Source: Naegleria gruberi (lineage: Eukaryota). Taken from it: DNA of 64,000 nucleotides. The notes beneath the pieces were generated by a model. It ran no database searches. It was not told the DNA's origin and saw nothing but the letters and a program-made list of their open reading frames with translations. Made by a program: the position numbers and the translations under genes. Below, one piece after another: positions 21,195 through 32,792 of this stretch (the first letter of the stretch is position 1; every line of letters begins with the position of its first letter). Location of the stretch: the NCBI GenBank assembly GCA_000004985.1, contig GG738885.1; one strand, 5' to 3'.

Positions 21195-21761
21195 AACTAA
21201 TTACAATAGTGCAAATATGATTTTTCACACTGTATACCACAGAGATAATCCAAACTTGTAAAATTGTTCAAATTTCCAAGGAGATTAATAAACAGTAACA
21301 CTATTCAACGATTACCAATAATTCGAGCAGTAATTGGCCCAAACTCCTTATCCCCCGACCAGTACTTTACATACAAGCAGTTGAAGGAGTAACTTCTGAA
21401 CAAATTAAGGCACTTCTAGGAAATGCATCTGGCTCAGCATCTGACAGTTAGTTAATTACCTGTCAATAATTTAATGTTTTGACAGGAGAACAACTTGCCA
21501 TTTTGCAAGCTTACAAAGTCTACAATTTATTGAAGAAAGAATGGTATTTTTTTTTAATTTATTTAATTTTAACATTTTTAATAGTAAACATTAATTTTTA
21601 ATTAAAATTTTCACAAAATAAATAAAATTGACATTTCCAACCCATTAACATTCAATCTTTGCTTAATGCCTCACTGAAACCTGTCCAAAAGAGATAAAAA
21701 ATACTTGACACTTGACAAGTCCAAACATTTTGCCAAGCTACACACATTAAAAAAATACAAG

Positions 21762-22716
21762 ATGGTCGTCACTGTATTTCGTCCAATGGAAAAGAAATAT
21801 GCCACAAATGGTTGGCGTGTTCGTCTCATGCTCGAAGAAAAGGGAGTAAAATACGAAACTCGTCTCGTGATTTTAGAACATCGAGAACATTTGAACGAGG
21901 AAATTAGAAAATTAAGTTATAGAGGTTAGTTTAGTTGCTGATGATTTGTTTTTTTTAATATAGTTATGATCTTTGTGTTTCGTTTATTGTTGAATGGATG
22001 AAAATATATTCGAAACTTTGATCGGATAATGTTGGAAATTTTTTTGATCACATGATGATAATGTTCAATCTTGAAAAACAATTTTCTCTCGTGGATGGAT
22101 TGATTGTTGGATTTTCTTCTTCTTCTTTTAAAAAACAATTCTAATAATTTTATTCTAAACTACAACAATAGGCGAATTACCACTCTTTGAAGATTTTGCA
22201 GGAAGTTTAAGAGAAGAAACAGCCATGTTAAATTACATTGAAAAGAACTATCCAGAACCTCAATTAATTCCACCATCCGATGATCGTGCAAATTTTGGAC
22301 GAATCATTTCTCAATTCCATGAAGCCAATGGTCAATTCGCCCAAGTTTGCAAAGATATGATCAATACATTCATTGAATTGGAAGAAAAGAATATCACCTC
22401 TCACAAAAAACTACCAAAAGACATGAAAGATTACAAAACTCTTGTTTCTTATTGGAAACAAAAATTGGAAAGTGAAATGATCATTTGGGAAAATCGTTTA
22501 ACAAATGATTCTCTCTTTTTCAGTGGCACTGATCGTCCTTGCATTGTGGATGTTTCACTTTTCCCTTATTATTATCAAATTGTGAGATATGGATTGAGTG
22601 AATCATCTCTTCCAAAACTTAAAAAGTGGAGAGAGCGCATGGAAGATAGAGATAGTGTTAAGAGAACTAGTCCAGGAACAAGTTGGGTTGTACATCCATT
22701 CCTATTGAAATTTTAA
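21762..22716 (+). CDS. Glutathione S-transferase-like protein
   Basis: Two exons, 21762..21924 and 22172..22716. The intron 21925..22171 runs GTTAGT...AATAG and is phase 1. The thioredoxin-like N-domain reads VTVFRPMEKKYATNGWRVRLMLEEKGVKYE and is joined in frame to the helical GST C-domain. The ORF-track start at 21705 is TTG; the first ATG is at 21762. Confidence 0.7.
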
Positions 22717-22923
22717 ACTGTCTAGCTCAGGAAATGCGAATAAAATAGTAGAATTTTGATAGAATATATGCAAAAGAAATTGAATATTCATGTAGTACCA
22801 CTTGACTTATTGCTCTCCATTGATTAGTTTTCTTTACTAATCCATCAAATTGAAACATCAATATCAAATTTAAACTAGATAGACATTATGTAGAATTTTC
22901 AAAAACTTAAAAAAACAAAAAAA

Positions 22924-24621
22924 ATGGAAAATCAAAAAGTAGCACGTGGAAATTTGCTTGCGAAAATAGCACGTGAACAATGTAGAACCATCTACTTGGA
23001 TTTTAGTATTAATACATTGGAGAATGAAGTTGATCAGCGAGCATTACCTGATGATGATCTAATTGGTGATGAAGATGATGGATTTGTTACAGTTAGTGAT
23101 GAAGAAGAGGATATTCAACACCAACACCAACAACAAACTTCGGAAGCACCAATAGTAATGACATCCCTCATCAATGATGATGTAGCACAGAGAATTGTAA
23201 CGATTAGTACGAGTAGTACTGCCTCTCCTAATCATGTCTATCATTATGAGTATGGCATTCTAGGTGAAGACTCACATACTCAATCTGTCTTGTATAAGAA
23301 TCGATTGTATTGTATTAATATCAAGTATGAATATATTGGTGTTCATTCATTGTTGGATCCAGTGATGGAACAGCCAATGATTTCAATGCCAACTCTTTAT
23401 CAATCCACTGAGGGATTGATTGTTCCTGATGAAGTGAATTTGATTCCTAAACTTTCTCATTTGCAATCAAGAATGGGAGAAACTGATTTTGCATTGTCTG
23501 ATGGTAATACTATGAGTAATCACGTCATGTCTACCTATATTAAAACTGGCTTATTTAGTGGCCAGAATCCTCCATTGGATTTTAAAAGAGTTCATGCATT
23601 GTTTAAGGCAGTTTGCATGGATGAAAAATTGGGATTTGTCTATACATATGGTGGTGCTGATTTTAATGTGGTTCCACGTCAAGTTTCAAGGAATTTCCTT
23701 ATTTTGGATTTGGAAAGATTGGCCTATGTTCAATTACCAATTCCTGTCAATGTGGATAATGAAAGTGAACAATTAGTACCAATGGAAGGTCATACCATGA
23801 TAAAAAGACATGACAAGATTTACATTTTAGGAGGTAACACAAATGGATCTGAATTTATGAAGAGCTTGTATGAAATTGATGTTAGTGAGGTGGATAAATT
23901 TTGCCTAGATTTGAGAAGACGTGATTTTGGAACTGAACCTATGAGTGATATGATCATACCAGTTCCAAAGTTTAGAAAAATCATTGCCAAGAATCATGAT
24001 ATAATCTCCACAAGATCCTATCATACATGTGAATACATTCCAAAGTATGATATTATGGTTTCAGTGGCTGGTAAGGTCAGAAAAGGTATAGATGCTCCAA
24101 TGCTTAACGAAATTTTGATTTATCACTTTAATAGAAATGAATTCCAAGTCATTGGTGATCACAACATTCTCAATCCATGGTTGAAAGTTAAAGACCTGCC
24201 ATATGCTCACGTTCTCGGATCGACACGTATTTATGGCTATGATTCATTCTCAACATTTGACAATTGTTATCAAATGGCATACTATGGCGGCTGTTCCACA
24301 ACTGATTACGATTCAGACCAATCCTATGATCCTCACTTGTACATTTTATCATTCAAACCAAGCAAACGAGAAGTTTCCAATGTAGATGTCTTGGTAACCA
24401 AAGTCAATCTCAAAGAGAGAGCCAGTTCCGGCTATACAGCCATTAACTATCATCCAGAAACTTCAAGTTTTTACTTGTTTGGATCTTTCCAAGCTCAATC
24501 AAGAGATGAATTGAGTATTTTCACAATGAAATTTGCAAGCACCATTCCAGTTCTCAAACAATTTCCAAAACTTTCTCTTCAATCATCCTACAGTGACATT
24601 TCCTTTACAACTTTAGAGTAA
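22924..24621 (+). CDS. Kelch / galactose-oxidase-type beta-propeller repeat protein (paralog B of the gene at 2423..3805)
   Basis: A 565-aa ORF sharing collinear motifs with paralog A (see that feature). It has an additional acidic N-terminal extension. Confidence 0.55.
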   Translation: MENQKVARGNLLAKIAREQCRTIYLDFSINTLENEVDQRALPDDDLIGDEDDGFVTVSDEEEDIQHQHQQQTSEAPIVMTSLINDDVAQRIVTISTSSTASPNHVYHYEYGILGEDSHTQSVLYKNRLYCINIKYEYIGVHSLLDPVMEQPMISMPTLYQSTEGLIVPDEVNLIPKLSHLQSRMGETDFALSDGNTMSNHVMSTYIKTGLFSGQNPPLDFKRVHALFKAVCMDEKLGFVYTYGGADFNVVPRQVSRNFLILDLERLAYVQLPIPVNVDNESEQLVPMEGHTMIKRHDKIYILGGNTNGSEFMKSLYEIDVSEVDKFCLDLRRRDFGTEPMSDMIIPVPKFRKIIAKNHDIISTRSYHTCEYIPKYDIMVSVAGKVRKGIDAPMLNEILIYHFNRNEFQVIGDHNILNPWLKVKDLPYAHVLGSTRIYGYDSFSTFDNCYQMAYYGGCSTTDYDSDQSYDPHLYILSFKPSKREVSNVDVLVTKVNLKERASSGYTAINYHPETSSFYLFGSFQAQSRDELSIFTMKFASTIPVLKQFPKLSLQSSYSDISFTTLE

Positions 24622-24883
24622 ATTATTATATATAATATGAAATTTAAATTGATTCCTCTATAAAGTGAATTAGTTTTCTGCAATGTGTCTATTTGTCTAT
24701 CTCAATAGTTTCCAAACTGGGCGAAACACATTTTAGAATGTATTGAGGGCCATTTATGGTAATTATTCAACATTGCTTTGAAAAAGAATCAAAAAAAAAG
24801 AAACAACAATTATCCTTCTTGCCTCTCAATGATTTGAGATTTTTGCCATTCAAGAAGCTATCATCAGAAATTTTCATCGTGCC

Positions 24884-27800
24884 ATGGCATCAAATTCTTC
24901 ATTGAAAATTGAAGAATTTTCATCATCCGAAAATAATAATAGTTCAACTTCATCATGTGGAGTTACTACTACAACTAGTGCTGCTTTTAATGATTTACCC
25001 GATAGTGTATTGGGTAATATAATGTCTTTTGTATTTTCATCATTTAAATATCAATTAAACAAGCCTTTGATATCTTCATCATTCCATAGAACAAGTAATA
25101 ATAATTCGGAAGAACAAAATCATCATCATCATAATGGAGAAGTAAATGATTCATCATTATCTTCATCTATAGAACAAGATTGTTCTCCAGAGGAATTATA
25201 TCATCGATCTATTTATGAATTGGAAACTCTGCCCTCTGTTTCTCAATCTCCACTTCATAAGTATTTGCACAAGAATGTAAAGTTTCATCGTTCTAATAAT
25301 GGAGCAAATAGAGAATTTGATGAAGCAGATGATGAAGATTTTGATGAGGATACAAATTTTGGATTGATAGGAAGTGGAGATATAAATTACGAACAAAAGA
25401 TGATTGGTAACTTTTGTGAGTTTTTGCAGAATTGGATAAGTTTTGCATCTGTAAATAGCAAATTGAGAAAGTTTATGAAGAGAAGCAAATCTGTAGGAGA
25501 TTTGATTGAATTTGATTTGATTAATTTTGCTTATTTCTACATGTTTAATAATGAAAAGTTGGTCTCTCCCACCTATTCATGTGTTGTGGAAGGACAAGAC
25601 GTTTTCGTAAGGAATGAGTATAGAACTGTTGTTCATCAATTATTTATGGATTTTATCAGAGTATTTGTTGATAGAGAGTTTGTTAAGAGAATTTGTTTGG
25701 ATTGTTCCTATTTGTTTGATTGGGTTCCTATTAATGGGGATTCTCTTATTGATGATGGTGATTGCAAGACGTTCACTATCGACCCAAGCCCATCAACAAC
25801 TCCAAATTATTTGGAAGATTATAACAAGATGTTTCCCAATGTAAATGTCCTTACTATTAATTTTACCTACAGAGGAAAAACAGAGGGTTATGAGGAGAAT
25901 GAGCTGAGCCTTGATGATTTGCAATCGCACTTGCTAACACTCGATACTAGCAATTTCCAAACTCTCTCACATTGGAAGCACTTGAATGAATTAAGATTGT
26001 GTTGGCATGTCGATGTGGATGAGGATACTCAAGTATTGGACCTTGTTTTAGGATCTCATCTGATGCAAGAGTTTTTGAATATTGTCTCTGAGGCCAAGAA
26101 AATTAATCACTTATTGTATATATCAGTGTATATTAATGGATCTGCATTCCATGTAACAAGGACTGAATCTGGTCAAATTATTTGCAATGATTCCTATCCT
26201 ACTAGGGTTATGGAAGAATTGAGCAATGTTGTCGACGAAAACTCAATGCTCAAATTACTCTATATTTGTATTGATCATTATGGCTATGCACACTATAAGA
26301 AACAACCATTGCAACTTTCTCTTATGGAAAATATTCTTCACATTGAAATTAATGACATTACTTGCCCAACTATTAACCAATTATTTAATTTATCATATCC
26401 TAAATTGTTGACATTAATATTGACCGACATTTGTGCTCCATCAAAGGAGGAGAGAGATGTTGCCATTACATCAAAGTTTCCAAAACTCGAGGAGCTACTC
26501 ATCAAATCCAAATTGAATTCCACTAGTAGATACACTAAATTCAATTTGGATTTGAGCCATATGAAAGCAGAAAAGATTAAGAAAGTTTGTTTGTATGGTG
26601 TAAATGATTTCCTCATTTCTAAGAATTCATTTGGAAACGTCATTGAAACTCTTGAAATACTAGTGCTGAAGGACAATACCTTTAATTATTCTCACTGGTT
26701 TACAAGCTTATCCTCTCTGAAGAATCTTCGCTTCAAAGTGGAACCAACAAAAAAGAGAGTGGATGAAACAGACTACGATGACGAGTCTGTAATGCTCTGC
26801 ACTACACGTATGAAATCTTGTACCACAATTGTTCACGATAAGCTCACCAATTTGCATATCAAAGATAGGAATACAAAGGGAATTTCTGTAATATGCCCTC
26901 GTCTCAAGGAGCTCGTAGTGAAGGCACCCAACATTGAAAGTTGTGAAATTTTGTGCCCAACCGTAAAAACTATTGATTTGAATGATATTTTAATGGGATT
27001 CGAACAACCACACAATCACTCTGGAAACTTTATGAAATTTATCAAGTATTCCTCACATCAATGGAAGTGGCACACTCCACTGTTGAATCAATTGAATTTA
27101 ATGCACTCCCTGAGACCAAATTATACCACCAATGATAATGGAGGAACTAATGCCCTCATTCTGCCAAATGCTCTCATTTCTCATGTTAAGGAGTTACAAG
27201 TTAAATTATCGGTGACTACCTTTGATAATGAAAAGGAATTATTCCCACCCTTGTTTGCCAGAATTGATAATCTATGTGGACACAAGAACCTACACGGAAC
27301 TTTGGAGAAGGTTAAAATCAAATTGGATATTGCAACATACTACCTCTCAGAACCAATGCTCAAACATTTCAGAGCAGTTTTGGAATGGAATGGAAATGGA
27401 AATAATGCCTATGACAGTGATTCAATGAAGCTCACAATACAACAAATTATCCAAGTTGCTAAATGTGTAGACCACTTTACAGATCATACCATGATTTTGG
27501 ATTCTCCATACTTGGCTTCTTTGGATGTTCATTTGGATGAAAAGGTTGAAAGAACCAAGATATCATGTCCGAACTTGAAGAGATTTGAACTTATTGATTG
27601 TAATTTACCTGGTCGTGTCAAATTCAGTGATGAGACTGCCTCATCCCTTGAACACATCTGCTTAGTTGGCATTTGTTCACCATTCAATCCACCTCCACAC
27701 TCATTCTTTCAAGAATCTGAAAATCTTAGAGTTGGTCGATCCACTCCAAAGATTTTCTGTTCAATTAGAGCAATTGCCAGCATTGGAAGTTTTGGATATC

Positions 27801-28076
27801 AGAAGAGAATACGGCCAAACTCCACATGAGAGATCCTATGTACAACTTGAAAATTACACCCACACCAACATCAGAATGATAAGAATCAATAATATCCGTA
27901 ATGTTAGCATTTCTTTGAAATTGGATACACCTAAATTAAGAATTGTTCAAGTTTCATCAGTGACTTGCAAGAATTGTGATATTGAGTTTGTAAATTGTCC
28001 AAGATTACTCAAAAAAGAAATTCAATTCACCATCTTACAGCCATCACCCAGACTTGCTCCTAAGGAATTTATATAA
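24884..28076 (+). CDS. Large F-box-like / cysteine-containing LRR protein; coding frame changes near 27665-27710 (short atypical intron, real frameshift, or sequencing error)
   Basis: The N-terminal motif is FNDLPDSVLGNIMSFVF, F-box-like. Repeated LRR-CC motifs follow (CPNLKRFELIDCNLPG, CPRLKELVVKAPNIESCEILCPTVKTIDL). LRR-like sequence continues in the +1 frame as ORF 27666..28076 (FKNLKILELVD...LPALEVLDI...). A 49-nt GT..AG interval at 27665..27713 would join the two frames, but its donor GTTGGC is unlike all other donors in the window. Confidence 0.45.
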
Positions 28077-28092
28077 ATTATTTTGTGATTAA

Positions 28093-29875
28093 TTATTTGT
28101 CCTCTTGATTTTCCTTATCGGCAGGCGACAGTTCAATACTATTAACATCCTCCAGTTCAGTACTCGTGGTGGTTTCATTCTTATCAATAGTTGCTGCTAG
28201 TTCTTTTGCAGCTGCCTTACCTTCTCTCCACTTGGCCAGAATTACCATTATGACACCTAGGAATATTCCCAAAGCACCTGGTATGATCCACAATGAAACC
28301 TCCTCTCCAGAAATCAATACAGTCATTGCTGTTGTAACTGTTGGAGAAATGGTTGAATAAATTCCAATCACAGTTGGGCTTGTTAAACTTGATGCTTTTG
28401 AACTCAATATAAAGCTAAAAGTTCCATGAATAAGAACAGCATAGGCCATTCCAATATATGACATATCATCCAATCTCCTAATTTCAAAATCTCTTATATT
28501 ATAGAGTGCAGCTAAAAATGGAATAAACAATCCTCCCAAAAAAGTCCAAAAATTCAAAGTAATTCCAGGAATTTTCTTATTCAACAATTTCTTCAATAAA
28601 ATCAAATAGAAAGCATAGGCCACAGTATTGAGAATAAGGATTATCATACCAATGGTAAAAGAAAATGCTTCCAATGCCGATGATTCTGATGCTTGGGTTT
28701 CCTCAGTTATAGCCGCCTTCTCCTTCGTAAGTGAAGGAATAATCAGCATGGCCATAGCTCCCATAGCAGAAATAACAACTCCCAAAATTTTAACAATTGA
28801 ACTAGCTTCCCTTCCCAAAAATATTGAAATAAGGCAAACCTCTAAATTCATTGAGAAATAGTTAAAATTCAATATATAAATATATTTTAGTTTCATAACT
28901 ATTATTGAAAACTTACCAACAGCAACTATTATTTTCATTATATTGATGAATAAAATTGTAATAAATCAACAACTTACCCAATGGTTGAACAATAGCAGCA
29001 ATGGTTGCATTAATCATTTTCATACCAATCACAAAAAGTACCATATTCAACATGTACATGGATCCACACACTACCATTCTCTTAAAATCCTTAAAACTTG
29101 GTGTCTTTTTGTAAAGGTATCTCAGTATTGGATTTTTAATTCTCGATAAGAATCTCTCTGATCTAAATGAATAATTTCGATCTACAATTAATGACAAGAC
29201 AAAATAACAAATAACCATCAAAAAACTTCTAACAAATGCAAAAATTGTTGGTCTCATGGTTCTGATTGGATTTGGTGCCAACACACAAAATCCTTGAAAT
29301 TTCCATTAAATTTCCAAATATATCAATTTAAAATTAAATTTCCAAATTAATTCGTACTTCCAAAACCTACCTCCAAAAGTCAATAAAGTCGAAAACATTA
29401 ACATGTGTACATAAAACTGTGACTGAGTAAATGAATCCCAATATTTCATCACTACATTCTTTTTCAATTCCTCTCCTTTTTCCTCATCCTCTTCATGATG
29501 TATTATATCAGTTATAGTTGGCAAATGTTCTCCTCCTTCCTTCTCATCATGATCCACCAGATCTTTCCCATTAACAATACCTGCTTCCTCTTCTTCATAA
29601 TATTCAGCAGCTCTGCCTTCATCTTCCTCTTCATCCTTCAATAAATAATTTAATGATGATGAGAATAACATATTCGTCGATGATGATGAAGATGATATTG
29701 TATTTATCATGATTGGTGCATTCAATTCATCATCATGATCCTCTTCATAGTGTCCCAACTCTCCTTCATTATCCACCATCATCCTTGTCGTTTTTTCTTT
29801 ACTCGGAGTGGTGCTGAATTTATTATTACTGTTTTTCATACTAGTTATTGTTGAGAATTTAGTGTTGGATGCCAT
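28093..29875 (-). CDS. EamA/DMT-superfamily membrane transporter (SLC35F-like), acidic N-terminal tail
   Basis: Three exons on the minus strand: 29371..29875, 28978..29292 and 28093..28841. The minus-strand introns are 29293..29370 (GTAGGT..CAAG, phase 1) and 28842..28977 (GTAAGT..TTTAG, phase 1). The spliced protein of about 523 aa has an Asp/Glu-rich N-terminus followed by about 10 TM helices forming two EamA-type halves. Confidence 0.6.
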
Positions 29876-30184
29876 TATCAATGTTGGCACTTTTTTTGGT
29901 AGGGGGTATTTTTGAATATTGAGGATTCTCCACATTTTAAAAAAGATCAAATGTTTGGTGCGAGGTGGATCTTGAAGATGCATGAAAGAAATTGCGGGTG
30001 GTCAATTAAGATATTTTTGATTGAAAATGAGGATTATTTGGAGTTTCAATCATTTTTGTAAGCTTTGCAGCTCAATTATTCCTCTCAATCAACAAAATAA
30101 ATTATCCAATTGAAAGTTCTCAATGGGCTAATAGTCGATACTATTGTTATAAATAATGTTGAATGAGTTTATTTTGTAGGCATG

Positions 30185-31795
30185 TTAATTTCTGAAAATA
30201 TACTTGAATTGAGTACTTTGGAAACCATTGAATTGTGAGCTAGAGGCAGTAGTGTAAGCTCCAAAATTGGTAAAGTACAAGAAATCACCTTCATTAAGCT
30301 CTGGCAATAAATAACCCTTACAGGTGATATCGATACTGTCACAAGTTGGTCCAAAACAAGTAGATTTGTACTTGGCTCCCTTCTCTTCAGCAGTTTTGAT
30401 TGTCTTGAATGTTGGTTCAGCATGATCGAAATAGATATTGTTGAAAGAACCATAGATACCATCATTGAGATAATAGATGAAATCATCCCTATCGTGAACA
30501 ATATCGCTAGCACCAGACTCTTCAAGTTGCTTATAGTAAAGCTTATTCTCTTCACGCAAGTCCTTCTTGGAGAAAATGTTAACAACCAAAACAGACACAG
30601 CTTGGGCAATAAAACGACCTGGTTCTGAAATGACCTTAACATGAGATGGGAACAAGTCATCGATCAAATCTCTAACATTAGAAGCAACATCTTCAACAGT
30701 TGGTGTCTCCTTGATATTACCCAAGAAACCACCACCAATATCTAACAAGTTGAATGAGTAACCATATTCTTCAGCCATGTCAAAGATAATTCTGGCATCC
30801 TTGACTGCTTTAACATAGGCATTAACATCTTGGCAACCAGAACCAACGTGGAAGCTAACACCACACAATTCAACATTGTTATCTTTGGCAGATTGGAAGA
30901 TTCCTCTTGCATTCTCGATTGATACACCAAATTTGGAAGAGAAGGCACAAGCAGAGTTGCTATCATCAGTTTTGATTCTAATGACACCCTTAACATCCTT
31001 CCATTGTCTTGCCAACTTTTCAACTTCTTGTGGAGAGTCAATTGTTGTCCATTGTAAACCATTGTCTCTGGCATATCTAACGTGAGACAATTGCTTACAT
31101 GGATTGGCAAAGATAATGTCAGTAGTGGTACAGAACTTCTTGCTCATTACTTGTTCAACAGTGACATTATTTACAAAAGCCAAAACCTCATAGAAATGAG
31201 GATGTTTGGCAAACCATTCATCAACTTCATTGCAGAGTTGAGTTACCAATTTGATTTCATTCAAAGAGGCACAATCAAATCCACAACCCATCATGTACAT
31301 AACCTTGATAATGCTTTCATTTGGATTACATTTGACAGCATAGTATGGGTTAATACGTGGGAAACATAGTCTCCATCTTTCAACTTGTCTAATAACATGA
31401 GACAAGTCAACAATATGGAAATTGTCTTCTTCGACATCCTTACAAATGTTTCTAACAATTTGTTTGGTTGTCATCTTCTTGGCATCACTTTCAATTGGGT
31501 AAAATTCAGCTTCAAAATATACCCTCAAGATTGTTTGCATGGCAGCTACTTTATCACAGTTGTAGTTGTGATGGAAAGTTTTCTTTTCATTTCTGATAGC
31601 ATTATTAATGGTATTTTGAATTAATGCAGCATGATCTTTCTTTGAGAAAGAATTGAGTAAGTTTTCTTCAATAGAAGTAGGTTGTCCATATAGTTCTAAT
31701 AAGAACTTATTAGCTTGATTGAAATCAAGACTTGATTGGTTGTTAACAGTGACAGTGGATGAAAATTCAGTATTTGCAAGGACAACACTACTCAT
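30185..31795 (-). CDS. Ornithine decarboxylase (PLP-dependent group IV decarboxylase)
   Basis: The ODC signature is PYYAVKCNPNESIIKVMYMMGCGFDCASLNEIKLV (PLP-binding Lys in YAVKCN). The glycine-rich loop DIGGGF and the C-terminal beta-barrel are present. The first ATG is at 31795; 92 further codons upstream remain open in frame to a TTG at 32071. Confidence 0.8.
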   Translation of the reverse strand: MSSVVLANTEFSSTVTVNNQSSLDFNQANKFLLELYGQPTSIEENLLNSFSKKDHAALIQNTINNAIRNEKKTFHHNYNCDKVAAMQTILRVYFEAEFYPIESDAKKMTTKQIVRNICKDVEEDNFHIVDLSHVIRQVERWRLCFPRINPYYAVKCNPNESIIKVMYMMGCGFDCASLNEIKLVTQLCNEVDEWFAKHPHFYEVLAFVNNVTVEQVMSKKFCTTTDIIFANPCKQLSHVRYARDNGLQWTTIDSPQEVEKLARQWKDVKGVIRIKTDDSNSACAFSSKFGVSIENARGIFQSAKDNNVELCGVSFHVGSGCQDVNAYVKAVKDARIIFDMAEEYGYSFNLLDIGGGFLGNIKETPTVEDVASNVRDLIDDLFPSHVKVISEPGRFIAQAVSVLVVNIFSKKDLREENKLYYKQLEESGASDIVHDRDDFIYYLNDGIYGSFNNIYFDHAEPTFKTIKTAEEKGAKYKSTCFGPTCDSIDITCKGYLLPELNEGDFLYFTNFGAYTTASSSQFNGFQSTQFKYIFRN

Positions 31796-32792
31796 TGAGT
31801 GTACTGGATTTCTTATTATTGTTGTGTTTTGATCCAAAAGGGAGGATTCCAATGTATTGCTATGGTTCAAGCTTGTTGAGGAAACGCGCTGAGGAGTGGA
31901 TGAAAAAAACTCAAAGGCTTTCAAGGTTGGATAAGTATTGAGAGAATAAAAAAGCTGTAGCAACAAGAGGTGGATACCAAAAACGCTTTGCTTTGTTTTT
32001 TTTGTTTGAATTGAGAAAAACGGTTCGCTTACCCTCAGCGCTTTAAATTCTCTGCCAAAACGACGCAGCAAACAACATCAAACTTTGCTCTCTGTGTTCT
32101 CGCACACTTTATTAATAGCCGATCGACTTCGTCCAATGAAAATCAAGAGAGTTGAGATGATGATGTGATTCTCAGCGAATAAACAATCGACAGAGACATA
32201 TTATTAGCCACACAGTTAAAGTTCTGTTGGAAGGGAATTTTGCTGTGTGCATCTGCTGTGTGATTATTCAATATTGGGCGTTGAATACCCTGTTGGGATT
32301 TTTGAGACAATTCAAAGCCTACAGAAATTTAACCTTGATGATCAACTCGCTGTTTAGAAATGGAATTGATGACTTTTGCAGAGAAGGTTGGAAATGAGGA
32401 ATTTCTCAGTAATTCACGTTGGCCGGTTGTATCAGGATTGACAAGTGGCAGATAAGAGAATTTGTTAAATGAAGGATTGAGTATTTACCCTTCTGCTCCT
32501 TAGCTAGAGTTTACAAAAAGTAAGGAAAATAGCACAGATTCAATGGTCCATTCAGATTCGAATACTAATGTACAGTATTTGAATGTTATCTTGAGGTTAG
32601 TTAAAAATAGAGTTTAGTAAGGAAACCTCCTTCTTCGAATAAGGATAACAATAGCAGTTCAAATTAGAAAGTTAATTTTATAAATAGCCATTCCACAAGT
32701 TCTAAAATTCGAAACTAAAGTTAATTTTGGACACAGACTATAGTTCACAAGTAAAATGAAGTTTAGTTTACAATAATTGACTACAGTAAATC

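Noticed and set aside
21200-21700. Possible small spliced gene downstream of the AlkB-like gene (GTTAGT...TTTTGACAG interval at about 21449..21487)
   Set aside because: I found no ATG-initiated frame with a credible protein. The translations are short and low-complexity. It is most likely 3' UTR or intergenic sequence.
28166-29149. Plus-strand ORFs 28166..28360, 28628..28861 and 28943..29149
   Set aside because: They are antisense to the EamA transporter exons, and the transporter frame explains the region.
30422-31624. Plus-strand ORFs 30422..30628, 30876..31085, 31082..31369 and 31385..31624
   Set aside because: They are antisense to the ornithine decarboxylase CDS.
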